Notes: a model not told the origin generated them from the sequence alone. 44,963 bases of DNA from Candidatus Odinarchaeia archaeon (GCA_029856525.1 JAHQXC010000001.1:1-44963), one strand, 5' to 3'. Counted from the first letter of the stretch, positions 1 to 9,710 are shown. Program-made: numbers and translations.

Positions 1-835
1 CACCGGTGCTGTTAAATAATATGTTCACTCCCCCAGCTAAAGGAATCTGAGAGCCTACTAAAATCGGAATTCCGATTACTAGAGTATACGGTATTAGATA
101 AAACGTCTTATATTTTTTGAGAATTAGAAGAATTATATTAGAGAGTGGTATAAGATAAAAGAAGTAGATGTTAGCACCCCATGTGATAGTTAAATATGCG
201 AGCGCTAAACCTGCTAGTAAACCTGAAAATATTGATTCGTGTTTAATAGCTCTTATATAAAAATAAATTGTTAAAACCATTAAAAGTATACCGATAGTCT
301 CGTTGTCGAAGAATCCGGCGATTGTTCTTTGAAAGTAAGCCGGCATGACGGCTAGAAAGAAGGCGGCTAAAAGCCCTATTTTCCTCGAGCCGATCTCCTT
401 TCCGAGAAAATAAATTGCAACAGTTGTGAAAGCGCCCATAAACGCAGGCCAAGCCCAGCACATTTCTAAAAGATTAAGCGGTAAACCGAGACCTGTTAGA
501 AAAAGATAAACCGCCGCCGCTGCGAAAGGTAATCCAGGATAAGTGTTAGCCGGGATATCTCTACCCCACGGATACCAGGAGAATGGGTCATGCCAAGTAA
601 ACCAGGCGGAGAATCCGTTTTCAATTATATATTGAGTTTGCCGGTATTGAAAATAAGGGTCAAAACCTTTTAAGATAGCTTCATAAGCTGCAGGTGTTAA
701 ACGTATGAATAGCGCTAGTAAAAATAAGGAGATAATCGAGAAGTAAAGTAATAGATTCTTAAGCTTAAACTTCTCTTTTTTAAATGTTAATAAGCCTCTA
801 ATACTCTCGCTGAAGCTTGAAATACTCCAATCCAT
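1..835 (-). CDS. aglB: Oligosaccharyltransferase AglB/STT3, N-terminal part (CDS continues beyond window start)
   Basis: Absent from the ORF track because no stop lies in the window. Reverse-strand ATG at 835..833 opens MDWSISSF... The product is multi-TM with FDPYFQYRQTQYIIENG and WHDPFSWYPWGRD loop motifs typical of STT3/AglB. Confidence 0.75.
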   Translation of the reverse strand, partial: MDWSISSFSESIRGLLTFKKEKFKLKNLLLYFSIISLFLLALFIRLTPAAYEAILKGFDPYFQYRQTQYIIENGFSAWFTWHDPFSWYPWGRDIPANTYPGLPFAAAAVYLFLTGLGLPLNLLEMCWAWPAFMGAFTTVAIYFLGKEIGSRKIGLLAAFFLAVMPAYFQRTIAGFFDNETIGILLMVLTIYFYIRAIKHESIFSGLLAGLALAYLTITWGANIYFFYLIPLSNIILLILKKYKTFYLIPYTLVIGIPILVGSQIPLAGGVNILFNSTG

Positions 836-1006
836 ATTATTCTCCTACTATGATAATATAACAGATTATTAGAGTAGACTGGATTAAACTTAGTTTAATT
901 AAATTATTTAAAAGAGATATTTATAACTTGCTACACTAAACCTAAATAACTAGTAGAAAGTTTTCGAGAAACTGCATGTTAAATAAGTATTACCCTGTCA
1001 AGTAAA

Positions 1007-2956
1007 GTGGCTTATATGATTGAGTCAAGTGAGATATTCCCCTATGAAAGTATAAGAGAAGGTCAAAGGGAACTTATAGAAATAGCTAGGGAAGTATCTT
1101 TTAAAGGAGGACACGCGGTTATAGAAGGCTGCAATGGATTAGGTAAAACAGTTGGCTTACTTACAGGGGTTCTTTCAACCGTTTTAAAATCTGAGCGCCC
1201 TGTAGTATATCTTGCTAGAACACATAAGCAGATAGACCGGGTTATGAGCGAGCTTAAGCTTATATCAAAAAAGAGGGCTGTCAGAGGAGTTTCTTTAAGA
1301 GGCAGAGTTGAAATGTGCTTCAACCGGTTTGTGAGAAAATATTGTTCAGACCCTAATTCTGCAATGAACGTATGCAAAGAACTTCAAAAACTTGGAAGAT
1401 GCTCATATTATAATAATCTAGTCGAAAAACCCCGATTATTCGAGAATCTAGAGTCTATCGCATTAACTAATCCGTTAACCAACGAAGAGCTAACGAACAT
1501 ATGCAGAAGAGAAGAGTTATGTCCATATGAGTTTGTTAAAAAAATACTGCCGGAAGTAACTGTTATAGCCGCTAATTACATGTATTTATTCCACCCTGAT
1601 ATTAGAGAGCTTTTTTTAACTAATCTAAAAAGAAAACTTTCCGATATAATCATCATATTAGATGAAGCCCATAATATACCGGAGATAGCTTTAAACATAG
1701 CAAGCGACGCTTTATCTAAAAGCTCTATTAAATCAGCTATTAATGAAGCTGAAAAATACAGGTTAAACGATATAAAAGCGTTCTGTAAAAGATTTCTTAA
1801 AATATATGAAGAAATCGAGCCGTTAATAGGCGGGGAAGACGAGATACTCGTGCCAAAATATACGGTTGAAGAAGGATTACAGAAGGGAGGGGAATACGCT
1901 GATCTTATGGGGTTCCTAGAAGATATGCATGAAAAAGGGGAGATGATTCAGAGACTGATGATATCTGAGGGGAAGCTGCCTCACTCTTATATTCACCGAC
2001 TAGCAGAGTTCACAATATACTGGATGGATACTGTGGGGAAAAGAGAGTATACGCATGTGATTAGAAAATACTTCACCGGAGACGGTGGTAGCTATACGAG
2101 AATAGAGATCGTCGCCTTAGATCCTAGGAAGATCACTAGAATAATTTACAGTCAATGTTATGCGAGTATCTCTGTTTCAGGGACGATTCAACCTATACAA
2201 GCTTTTGTAGATATCACTGGTCTACCTTCTTCAACAGTTCAAGCTGTTTTAAAATCACCTTTTAACAGAAAAAACGTGTTAGCTTTAATTGTTGAAGGTG
2301 TTAGTACAGCGCTAACACAACGAGTTGAAAGCAACTATAATAAGATTATAGAGAAAATTTTAGAAGTGGTTGACGCGACGCCGGCTAATATAGGAGTCTT
2401 CGTTCCCTCTTATAATGTTCTTAACGACCTGCTAAAATATGGATTAGAGGAGAGATTAACTAAAAAATTGTTTGTTGAAAGATTCGACGCCACATCTAAA
2501 GAAAATGATAAAATGATTAAGAATTTTAAAAAACATAAGGATTTAGGCGGAGGGGTTTTACTTGGAGTTATGGGGGGGAGAAACTCTGAAGGAGAGGATT
2601 TCCCAGGCGATGAGATGAACAGCTCAGTTGTGGTAGGGGTCCCATATGCTAAACCGACACCTAGTGTTAAAGCATCTATAAGATATTTTGAAGAGCAGTT
2701 CCCAGGTAAAGGGCGTGAATACGGTTACGTGATACCGTCTATGAGGAGAGCTGTTCAAGCTGGTGGCCGTGTGATAAGACGTTTAAGCGACCGCGGTGCA
2801 ATAGTCTTTTTAGACTGGCGTTTTAAACAGGAGAATTGTTTAAAATATTTCCCAAACTGGCTGAAAGATAATATCGAAATCATACCTGATGAGAGAGGTG
2901 TTCTTAAATCTAGGATAAGCTGTTTCTTCAAAGGAGGTGTTGAAAGTTTAGAATAG
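1007..2956 (+). CDS. xpd: XPD/Rad3-family 5'-3' DNA helicase with Fe-S cluster domain
   Basis: 649 aa. Walker A is GCNGLGKT and the DEAH box is LDEAHNI. Four Cys (CFNRF, KYCSD, NVCKEL, GRCSYY) sit between motifs I and II as in the XPD Fe-S domain. Confidence 0.9.
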   Translation: MAYMIESSEIFPYESIREGQRELIEIAREVSFKGGHAVIEGCNGLGKTVGLLTGVLSTVLKSERPVVYLARTHKQIDRVMSELKLISKKRAVRGVSLRGRVEMCFNRFVRKYCSDPNSAMNVCKELQKLGRCSYYNNLVEKPRLFENLESIALTNPLTNEELTNICRREELCPYEFVKKILPEVTVIAANYMYLFHPDIRELFLTNLKRKLSDIIIILDEAHNIPEIALNIASDALSKSSIKSAINEAEKYRLNDIKAFCKRFLKIYEEIEPLIGGEDEILVPKYTVEEGLQKGGEYADLMGFLEDMHEKGEMIQRLMISEGKLPHSYIHRLAEFTIYWMDTVGKREYTHVIRKYFTGDGGSYTRIEIVALDPRKITRIIYSQCYASISVSGTIQPIQAFVDITGLPSSTVQAVLKSPFNRKNVLALIVEGVSTALTQRVESNYNKIIEKILEVVDATPANIGVFVPSYNVLNDLLKYGLEERLTKKLFVERFDATSKENDKMIKNFKKHKDLGGGVLLGVMGGRNSEGEDFPGDEMNSSVVVGVPYAKPTPSVKASIRYFEEQFPGKGREYGYVIPSMRRAVQAGGRVIRRLSDRGAIVFLDWRFKQENCLKYFPNWLKDNIEIIPDERGVLKSRISCFFKGGVESLE

Positions 2957-3636
2957 GAGTAATCTCTGATATTCATTCAAATTTTCACGCTTTAGTAAGC
3001 GTTGTCGAAGAATTAAAAAATAGTGTAGAAGAGGTTATATTCGCAGGAGACCTGGTAGGCTACGGTGCTTCACCTAACGAAGTGGTAAAAATCTTAAAAG
3101 ATTTGAATCCGTTGATATGCGTTCTAGGAAACCATGATTATGCCTGTTTAAAAAAAGATTTCAAATGGTTTAATAAAGTAGCCGTTGAATCTCTAATCTG
3201 GACTGTGAATAATATTGAAAAAGAAAACTTAGAGTATCTAAGTAAAATGCCCTTATATGAAACAGCTTTTTTAAAAAATTTTAAGATATATGTCACTCAC
3301 GGCAGCCCTTTTGAAAATTTATATGATTATGTTTATCAGGATGAGGCGCGGGATTGGATGAGCTTTTTTAAAGTTACTGAAAGTGATGTGATAATTTTAG
3401 GTCATACGCATATACCTATGCTTATGAAATTCGGGGAAAGATATATTCTCAACCCTGGGAGTGTAGGTCAACCTAGGGATGGAAACCCTAAAGCGAGTTA
3501 TTGTATTTTAGATATTAGCGGAGAGCTAAAATTTGAATTTAAAAGAGTTAAATATGATATTGATAAGAGCGCAGGGGAGATAATAGCTAAGAGTCTACCT
3601 AGTTTTCTAGCTGAACGGTTATATATGGGGTTGTAG
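2953..3636 (+). CDS. Calcineurin-like metallophosphoesterase (YfcE/MJ0936-type); 5' end uncertain
   Basis: Motifs GNHD, THGS and GHTH lie in the tracked ORF 3082..3636. Motifs I and II (GVISDIHSN, FAGDLVGYG) are encoded in-frame upstream, between the stop at 2941 and the first GTG at 3082. The start given here is a near-cognate ATA. Confidence 0.7.
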   Translation: MGVISDIHSNFHALVSVVEELKNSVEEVIFAGDLVGYGASPNEVVKILKDLNPLICVLGNHDYACLKKDFKWFNKVAVESLIWTVNNIEKENLEYLSKMPLYETAFLKNFKIYVTHGSPFENLYDYVYQDEARDWMSFFKVTESDVIILGHTHIPMLMKFGERYILNPGSVGQPRDGNPKASYCILDISGELKFEFKRVKYDIDKSAGEIIAKSLPSFLAERLYMGL

Positions 3637-3638
3637 CA

Positions 3639-4331
3639 TTGACAGGAAAATTAAATACACCTATACCTACAGGTTTACCTAGTTTAGATTCTTTTTTAAA
3701 TGGTGGTTTAACGCCGAGTAAACTCTATCATATCTATGGGGCTTCAGGCAGCGGGAAGACTACTCTAGCGCTTCAGATAGTTAAAAATAACTTATATAAT
3801 AGTGGCCGCGTCATCTGGGTTGAAACTGAAAGAAAGAATTTTTTAAACAGGCTTACTATGATGCTATCTGAAGAGTTTAGAAGTAAACTCTCCGATATCA
3901 TTGTTTTTACACCTAACGATTTTGAAGAGCAGAGAATACTCGTAAATAAACTATCTGATTTTATCGCGCCTAGAATAAATCTACTAGTATTCGACACTAT
4001 CACAAATCTTTACAGTGTTTCACTACAGGAAAAGAGGGAGAATATTAGATTAAACAAGGAGATTAACAGACAAATAGCCTTGGTTAAATCAATCTGTTTT
4101 TCAAAGAATATAACCGCTATAATAGTTAACAATATTAGAATGCGAATGATCGGAGACGAATTTAAAACAGAACCTGTAGCATATAAGATAGTAACATACT
4201 GGGCTGATTTCAACATAGAGTTATCTAATCTCAATTTTAAACGAAAAAAATTAAATATAGTTTCTAAAGAAGGGGATAGGAGACTTAGCTTAATTTACGA
4301 ATTAACAGATAGAGGCGTTGAGCAGATATAG
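3639..4331 (+). CDS. RadB/KaiC-like RecA-superfamily ATPase
   Basis: 230 aa. Walker A is YGASGSGKTTLALQ and Walker B-like is LLVFDTI. About 230 aa with no N-terminal HhH domain, as in RadB paralogues. TTG start 3 nt after the preceding stop. Confidence 0.65.
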   Translation: MTGKLNTPIPTGLPSLDSFLNGGLTPSKLYHIYGASGSGKTTLALQIVKNNLYNSGRVIWVETERKNFLNRLTMMLSEEFRSKLSDIIVFTPNDFEEQRILVNKLSDFIAPRINLLVFDTITNLYSVSLQEKRENIRLNKEINRQIALVKSICFSKNITAIIVNNIRMRMIGDEFKTEPVAYKIVTYWADFNIELSNLNFKRKKLNIVSKEGDRRLSLIYELTDRGVEQI

Positions 4332-4347
4332 GTTTAGGTGTATTATT

Positions 4348-4941
4348 ATGGCGGATGTTTTAAGCGAGTTCGCGGTAATGGTTCTTCTAGCAATTTATTA
4401 TATTATACCAGCTTATGTGGCTAACGGGCTGGCGGTGGTGACAGGTGGAGGGAAACCAATAGACTTAGGCAGATATTTCAGAGATGGGAGGAGAATATTC
4501 GGAGATGGGAAAACTATAAGAGGCTTCATAGGAGGAGTGCTCTGCGGTTTTCTAGCAGGGATAATACAAATGATTATCGCGCCTTATCTTAACGGTTTCA
4601 TCCAACAGTTAATCATCGTATACGATTTCAACAAGGTTATAAGTGTGCAATCCCAGTTGATTATTTACACCACACCTTTAAGAGCTTTCTTACTAGCTTT
4701 AGGTGGTTTAACAGGGGATCTTATAGGGTCGTTTATAAAAAGGAGACTTAACCTTGAGAGAGGGAGACCTGCACCTCTTATAGATCAATTAGATTTCATC
4801 TGCTTCGCTCTATTATTCGGCTATTTTATCACGCCGATAAGCGTAGAATATATTATAATACTAATAGTTTTAACCCCTGTTATACACTTAATAGCTAATA
4901 TAATAGCCTACTATTTGAAGCTTAAAAGTGTTCCATGGTAG
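4348..4941 (+). CDS. carS: CDP-archaeol synthase (DUF46 family)
   Basis: Polytopic membrane protein with PIDLGRYFRDGRRIFGDGKTIRGFIGG, resembling the CarS signature. An ATG at 4348 is preferred over the track start at 4318. Confidence 0.75.
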   Translation: MADVLSEFAVMVLLAIYYIIPAYVANGLAVVTGGGKPIDLGRYFRDGRRIFGDGKTIRGFIGGVLCGFLAGIIQMIIAPYLNGFIQQLIIVYDFNKVISVQSQLIIYTTPLRAFLLALGGLTGDLIGSFIKRRLNLERGRPAPLIDQLDFICFALLFGYFITPISVEYIIILIVLTPVIHLIANIIAYYLKLKSVPW

Positions 4942-4945
4942 AGGT

Positions 4946-5374
4946 TTAGCTTAACTTAAATATTGCTAAAGCTTGGAGGCCTGCAAACGCTATTATTATA
5001 AGCGCTAAACCTACTATGATCAGCGTGTAAGCGTAGCCTGGGTTATAAATGTTTTTAGCGCTTTCATACATTGACATGAACCCTATAAATCCGAGGAACA
5101 TTAATAGGGATGCAGCCAGCCCCTCCAAGATAAACTGTTCATCTATACCGCCGCCTAAAGACGCTGAAAATATTAAGATAGGTGTTCCTGAAGAGGATTG
5201 ACCTATTGTTATCGGCTGATGAACTATATCATAGATTCCACCGGCTAAAATAAAGTAGATTAAAAATAAGATTATGATAAACCAGAAAGTTTTAGAGGGA
5301 GCTTTAGGTAATTTTAACCTTATTCCAGAGAAGCGTTTTTTAAACTTCTCTAGAATTTTTAGTTGATGAGTCAT
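4946..5374 (-). CDS. Small three-TM membrane protein resembling eukaryotic OSTC/DC2 (OST3/OST6 superfamily)
   Basis: 142 aa. ILAGGIYDIVHQPITIG and QFILEGLAASLLMFLGFIGF align with human OSTC [18 protein letters not shown] and [20 protein letters not shown] as I remember them. Length and TM layout also match. Confidence 0.5.
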   Translation of the reverse strand: MTHQLKILEKFKKRFSGIRLKLPKAPSKTFWFIIILFLIYFILAGGIYDIVHQPITIGQSSSGTPILIFSASLGGGIDEQFILEGLAASLLMFLGFIGFMSMYESAKNIYNPGYAYTLIIVGLALIIIAFAGLQALAIFKLS

Positions 5375-5898
5375 GGAGGCACCATCAGTTTTTCGATTAC
5401 CGCTTAGAATTTTAAAAGCAGATTATTTTATGAACCCCTATAAGTATTTATATTTTTTGAAATATAAGTTTATGTAGTGTTAAAAGTATGAATAATCCGT
5501 TAAACGCTTATATTTGAATTCGGTTATGTAATTATAAAACTAAAATTCATTCAAGACATAACTGTTATTTAGTGTAATCGATAAGCTTGATGAGCGTGAC
5601 TCCAAAGCTGGCATAATCCTAATAACCGTATAAAGTTCGATGAGAAATCTTACCGTCACCTTTGAAAGAAGCCTATGAAGCTCTAAAACATGAAGGAAGC
5701 GCATATTAAATAAAATATTAATTTAGCCGGCAACGGTGATCTTAGATAAATATTCGTATGAAATAGGATCATGCTAATAATAAACAAGTTTAGGAGGGAA
5801 AATTAATTCCTAAAAAAACAGATTTAGAGGATGAAGAGTTCGAATTCGAGGATTCAGAGGATTTAGAAGAAGAAGAGGAAACACCTGAAACGCCTAGC

Positions 5899-6828
5899 GT
5901 GCTAACACAGCTTACAGGAGTTGGACCGTCGATAGCTAAACGGCTTGCAGAATCCGGTTATAATAGTATAGAGGCTATCGCTGTAACAACAGCGGATGAG
6001 CTGGCTGCTGCTGTAGATGTTGGTAAGAGTACAGCTCAGAAAATAATAGAATCAGCCAGAGAACTTTTAAAAATAGGTTTTGAAACAGCGGATAATATAT
6101 ATGAGAAGAGGAAGAATATCGGTCGCATTACAACCGGGTCTAAAAATTTGGATAGCCTTATCGGCGGTGGGATTGAAACACAATCTATAACTGAGGTTTT
6201 CGGCCCTTTTAGATCAGGTAAAACACAGTTAGCTCATCAACTAGCGGTTTACGTTCAGTTACCTGTAGAGAAAGGTGGGCTGAACGGGAAAGCGTTATAT
6301 ATTGATTGCGAGGGGACTTTCAGACCTGAGAGAATTGTTCAAATGGCTTCTGCTTTAGACTTAGACCCTAAGATAGCTCTTAAAAATATTTGGTGTGCTA
6401 GAGCTTATAACTCTGATCATCAGATGTTGCTCTGTCAACAGGCTAGTGAGCTGATTAAAAAAGAGAATCTTAAGCTTATCGTTATCGATAGTATAACAAG
6501 CCATTTCAGAGCTGAGTATATTGGCAGGGAGATGTTGGCTAGAAGACAACAGAAATTAAATAAACACCTGCATATGCTTGAGAGAATCGCTGACATAGAG
6601 AATGTCGCTGTTTTAATCACTAACCAGGTTATGGCTAAACCGGATACTTTCTTCGGTGATCCTACTGAACCTGTCGGCGGCCATATATTAGCGCATGTAC
6701 CTCAAACAAGACTCTATCTTAGGAGAAGTAAAGGGAATAGAAGGATTTGCAGACTGGTAGACTCTCCATGGATGCCTGAAGGTGAGGCGGTTTTCGTCAT
6801 CACAGCTGAGGGGATACGTGACCCTTAG
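5899..6828 (+). CDS. radA: DNA repair and recombination protein RadA
   Basis: N-terminal HhH ([17 protein letters not shown]), Walker [10 protein letters not shown], Walker B LIVIDSI. 309 aa counted from the first canonical start (GTG); the reading frame is open upstream to 5794. Confidence 0.93.
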   Translation: MLTQLTGVGPSIAKRLAESGYNSIEAIAVTTADELAAAVDVGKSTAQKIIESARELLKIGFETADNIYEKRKNIGRITTGSKNLDSLIGGGIETQSITEVFGPFRSGKTQLAHQLAVYVQLPVEKGGLNGKALYIDCEGTFRPERIVQMASALDLDPKIALKNIWCARAYNSDHQMLLCQQASELIKKENLKLIVIDSITSHFRAEYIGREMLARRQQKLNKHLHMLERIADIENVAVLITNQVMAKPDTFFGDPTEPVGGHILAHVPQTRLYLRRSKGNRRICRLVDSPWMPEGEAVFVITAEGIRDP

Positions 6829-7487
6829 AGCGTTAACTGGAAAACTAGGAAGTTAAGAGTCTCCCATATAAGTCTATTTTTCTTCTCGAAGACTAATTTA
6901 AATCCTTCATCTTCGAATATTTTTTTAATGAATTTTAACCCGCTTATCGAAGAGTAGAGTATTTGAATATATCCTTTCTCCACTAGATAGTGTCTGGATT
7001 CTGCTGCGAAATTTTTTATGAGAGTTTCAGGTGAGCGGTGAAGCCAGGCTTGTTGAATAATATTTTCAGGGTTTCCTCTAAGATAAGGGGGGTTGAATAT
7101 TATTGTATTAAATTTTTCAGATTTTTTTAAAGCAGAGAAGAGGTTGCTTCTGTAAACTTTAACTTTATTTTCTAACCTGTTAAGTTTAATATTAATTTTA
7201 CAGGAGCGGACAGCTATATCATTTATATCAATAGCTGTGACGCTTTTAACTTTATCAGCTATTCGAATCGCAATGTAACCTGAACCCGTCCCCATATCTA
7301 AAACAGTCCAATCCGGTTTAAGAAACAGATTTTCAACTATAAATTTAGAGGTGAAAGCGTATTTAGGGTTGAAAACCTCTCTTGTAATATAAAACTTTTT
7401 TCCATCGATGTTATATAAGCCGGGATTCACTATTTCATGTAATAGTTCCAGTATTTTAGCGGATATCCTAGCTCTTATAAAGGGCAA
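6825..7487 (-). CDS. HemK/Mtq2-type SAM-dependent methyltransferase (NPPY motif)
   Basis: Motif I is [12 protein letters not shown] and motif IV is IIFNPPY. This pattern is characteristic of N5-glutamine (release factor) and related methyltransferases. Confidence 0.7.
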   Translation of the reverse strand: MPFIRARISAKILELLHEIVNPGLYNIDGKKFYITREVFNPKYAFTSKFIVENLFLKPDWTVLDMGTGSGYIAIRIADKVKSVTAIDINDIAVRSCKINIKLNRLENKVKVYRSNLFSALKKSEKFNTIIFNPPYLRGNPENIIQQAWLHRSPETLIKNFAAESRHYLVEKGYIQILYSSISGLKFIKKIFEDEGFKLVFEKKNRLIWETLNFLVFQLTL

Positions 7488-7497
7488 ACCAACCGCC

Positions 7498-8760
7498 TTA
7501 TGAGAGTGTTACCTCAATTTCATCTTTGAATAATTCACTAAGGTTTTCAGATAGAGTTTTTAAATCCTTACTAATTTTACTGTTGAAATTCAAGATCTGT
7601 GTTTGTAATCTGTCCTCCTCTACTTTTTTATCTGCAAGCTGGTTTTTCAGCTCTTCGATTTTGAAGAGAAGCCCCTCTGATTTTTCATTAAAACCTTTTT
7701 CAGCGATGAACGCTTTTAATTTTTCTTTCGACTCTGTTAAAAATTTGGCTTTCTTATACAGTTCCTCTAAAAAATTATCTTGGAGGATTCTATTAATTTG
7801 CTTAATAGCCTTCTCGACTCTGTCTTTTTTTAAGTCTAATTCCTGGGATAACAGGCTCAACTGTAAGGTTTTCAGAATCTGCTTTAACATAGGCAGCTCC
7901 GCTGTTTCATCTAGGAATGTTAGAAAAGGCTCGGAGATGTAACGGTCTATTGCATTCCTCTGCTCCGTTGATAAGTCACCGAGTGCTTTAGATGAACTTT
8001 TGCTGAGCTTAGATAACGGTTTTAATATAGGATTTAATATTATGTTAAAACTTCTCCTCACATCATTTAAATCTTCATCTATTTGTGTATAATTTTTATA
8101 GACGCCTGTTGTCTTAAACTTTAAATAGTTTTCTTCAGCCTCCTTCAGCTGGTTTGCTAAATCCTCTAATTCAGCTTTTAATGATTCAAGTCTCTCTTGA
8201 AGTATTCTCTTCTCGTTTAGAGAATTATTTATAGCTTCAACAGCCTCTATTATCTTATCAACTCGTTCAATCTCTTTATACTCTTTTAGCAAAAACTGGT
8301 TTAATTTATCAGCTTGTTCCGCTAGTTTTCTTATATTGTAATCTAAATCTTTAAGCTCTGTTTTAAACCAGGGGCTTATTTTAGGTACTAGACGGCGGCC
8401 TAGCTCGTTAACGTTTTGAAAAAAAAGCTTTAACGATCCGGAGAGGTTCATTAAACTATTATAGCTGTATTCTTCTCCGATATTTATCTTACCGATGGAT
8501 TCTACTATCCCCTGGCTTAATTTCTCAGCGTTTTTAACAGCGACTTCATGATCTTTAAAATTATCTTCAACCGCTTTAAATGCATCTCTATCTTTACTAG
8601 TTAAAATTTTTTCGGCTGATGTTTTCACCTGGTTTAACAGTTCTGAGATTTTCTGATTTATCAGTCGCGCTTTAGCTTGAAGGGGATTATAGCGTTTTTC
8701 ATTTTTCCTATTAATATAGTCTTTAACCTCGTTTAATTTTAATGTAACCATAATTCTCAC
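7498..8760 (-). CDS. Coiled-coil protein of unknown function
   Basis: 420 aa, rich in K, E and L with long heptad-like stretches and no enzymatic motif. Its start overlaps the stop of the upstream gene by 4 nt. Confidence 0.6.
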   Translation of the reverse strand: MRIMVTLKLNEVKDYINRKNEKRYNPLQAKARLINQKISELLNQVKTSAEKILTSKDRDAFKAVEDNFKDHEVAVKNAEKLSQGIVESIGKINIGEEYSYNSLMNLSGSLKLFFQNVNELGRRLVPKISPWFKTELKDLDYNIRKLAEQADKLNQFLLKEYKEIERVDKIIEAVEAINNSLNEKRILQERLESLKAELEDLANQLKEAEENYLKFKTTGVYKNYTQIDEDLNDVRRSFNIILNPILKPLSKLSKSSSKALGDLSTEQRNAIDRYISEPFLTFLDETAELPMLKQILKTLQLSLLSQELDLKKDRVEKAIKQINRILQDNFLEELYKKAKFLTESKEKLKAFIAEKGFNEKSEGLLFKIEELKNQLADKKVEEDRLQTQILNFNSKISKDLKTLSENLSELFKDEIEVTLS

Positions 8761-9710
8761 GCTTGCCTTTTAGATAAACGTTCTTTAACAGCGCCTACGA
8801 TTATAGGCAGCACTATTGTAGCGTCAGCTATAAGATCAACCCAAGGCGCGTCGCCTTTAATCTTACCCCAAGACTGCGCTTCAGATAGTGAAGCGCCGCT
8901 TAACCCACCCGGCTCAGGGCGATCCGTCGTGATCTGAATAGCGTAGTCGAATCCTCTCCCGGTGATTAACATAGTCTGTAAAATATGATTTTTAGGTACA
9001 CCTCCGCCGACGGATATAACCGCTGCTCTTTTAGACTCGTAAGCTAGATCTATCATTTTTTGAATGTCTTTGAGTACATCTATCACTATTGGCTTACGCT
9101 GCCGAAAAAGCCAGAGTTGAAGTCCTAGTATTGAGTCTGTTATAGCTGGGCAGAAAACTGGGACTTTTTTTTCAAAAGCGTTTTTTATAATAGAATCGCC
9201 GTCTGTTATATTCTTACCGATTTCCCAGAGTAATTCGTATACGGCTATCCCTTTTTCTAGTTTAGCGCTGTCAATTTTCTCTAGTATGTTTTGAATATTT
9301 TTTTCGAATTTAACAAACTCCTTATTTTTCACGTATACATCGTATATTCTATTTATTCCAAGCTTGTTAAGTTGAAGGTCGCTATAAGATTTAGAGAGTT
9401 TTATGTGATGGCCGCCGAACGCTTCTATAAGATCGTGTGTTAGATTAGCTCCTGTTGAAACTATAACGTTGATGTATTCTTCTCTAATCATCTCGACTAT
9501 AACACGTCGCATGCCCGCCGGTACCATGGCGCCCGCTAAACCTAAGAATTTTAACGCTTCCTTATCTGAAGCGATTTGCTCGAATATTCTTGTAGCCTCA
9601 CTTAGCCGACCGGCTCCGAAGGCTCCTGAATTTTCGAATTGGAGAATAAGCTCGTTTAAGGACATTTCGCTTTTAACGCTTACAGGTTGAACTATTCTCT
9701 CCCTATCCAT
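8757..9710 (-). CDS. dys: Deoxyhypusine synthase
   Basis: 317 aa with the typical DHS layout, including AGMRRV, STGANLTHD and GGGVPKNH segments. Confidence 0.88.
   Translation of the reverse strand: MDRERIVQPVSVKSEMSLNELILQFENSGAFGAGRLSEATRIFEQIASDKEALKFLGLAGAMVPAGMRRVIVEMIREEYINVIVSTGANLTHDLIEAFGGHHIKLSKSYSDLQLNKLGINRIYDVYVKNKEFVKFEKNIQNILEKIDSAKLEKGIAVYELLWEIGKNITDGDSIIKNAFEKKVPVFCPAITDSILGLQLWLFRQRKPIVIDVLKDIQKMIDLAYESKRAAVISVGGGVPKNHILQTMLITGRGFDYAIQITTDRPEPGGLSGASLSEAQSWGKIKGDAPWVDLIADATIVLPIIVGAVKERLSKRQA

Noticed and set aside
243-461. 72-aa minus-strand ORF from the track.
   Set aside because: It is a different reading frame within the aglB coding region, whose frame is set by the ATG at 835. 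It has no motif.
5580-5680. Two GATGA strings (5587, 5639) suggesting a C/D box sRNA. The guide-like segment CGTGACTCC matches plus-strand 19191..19199 of the 23S gene.
   Set aside because: There is no CTGA D or D' box at the right spacing, a 25-nt gap separates the putative D' and C' boxes, and there is no terminal stem. A 9-nt match alone is within chance expectation.
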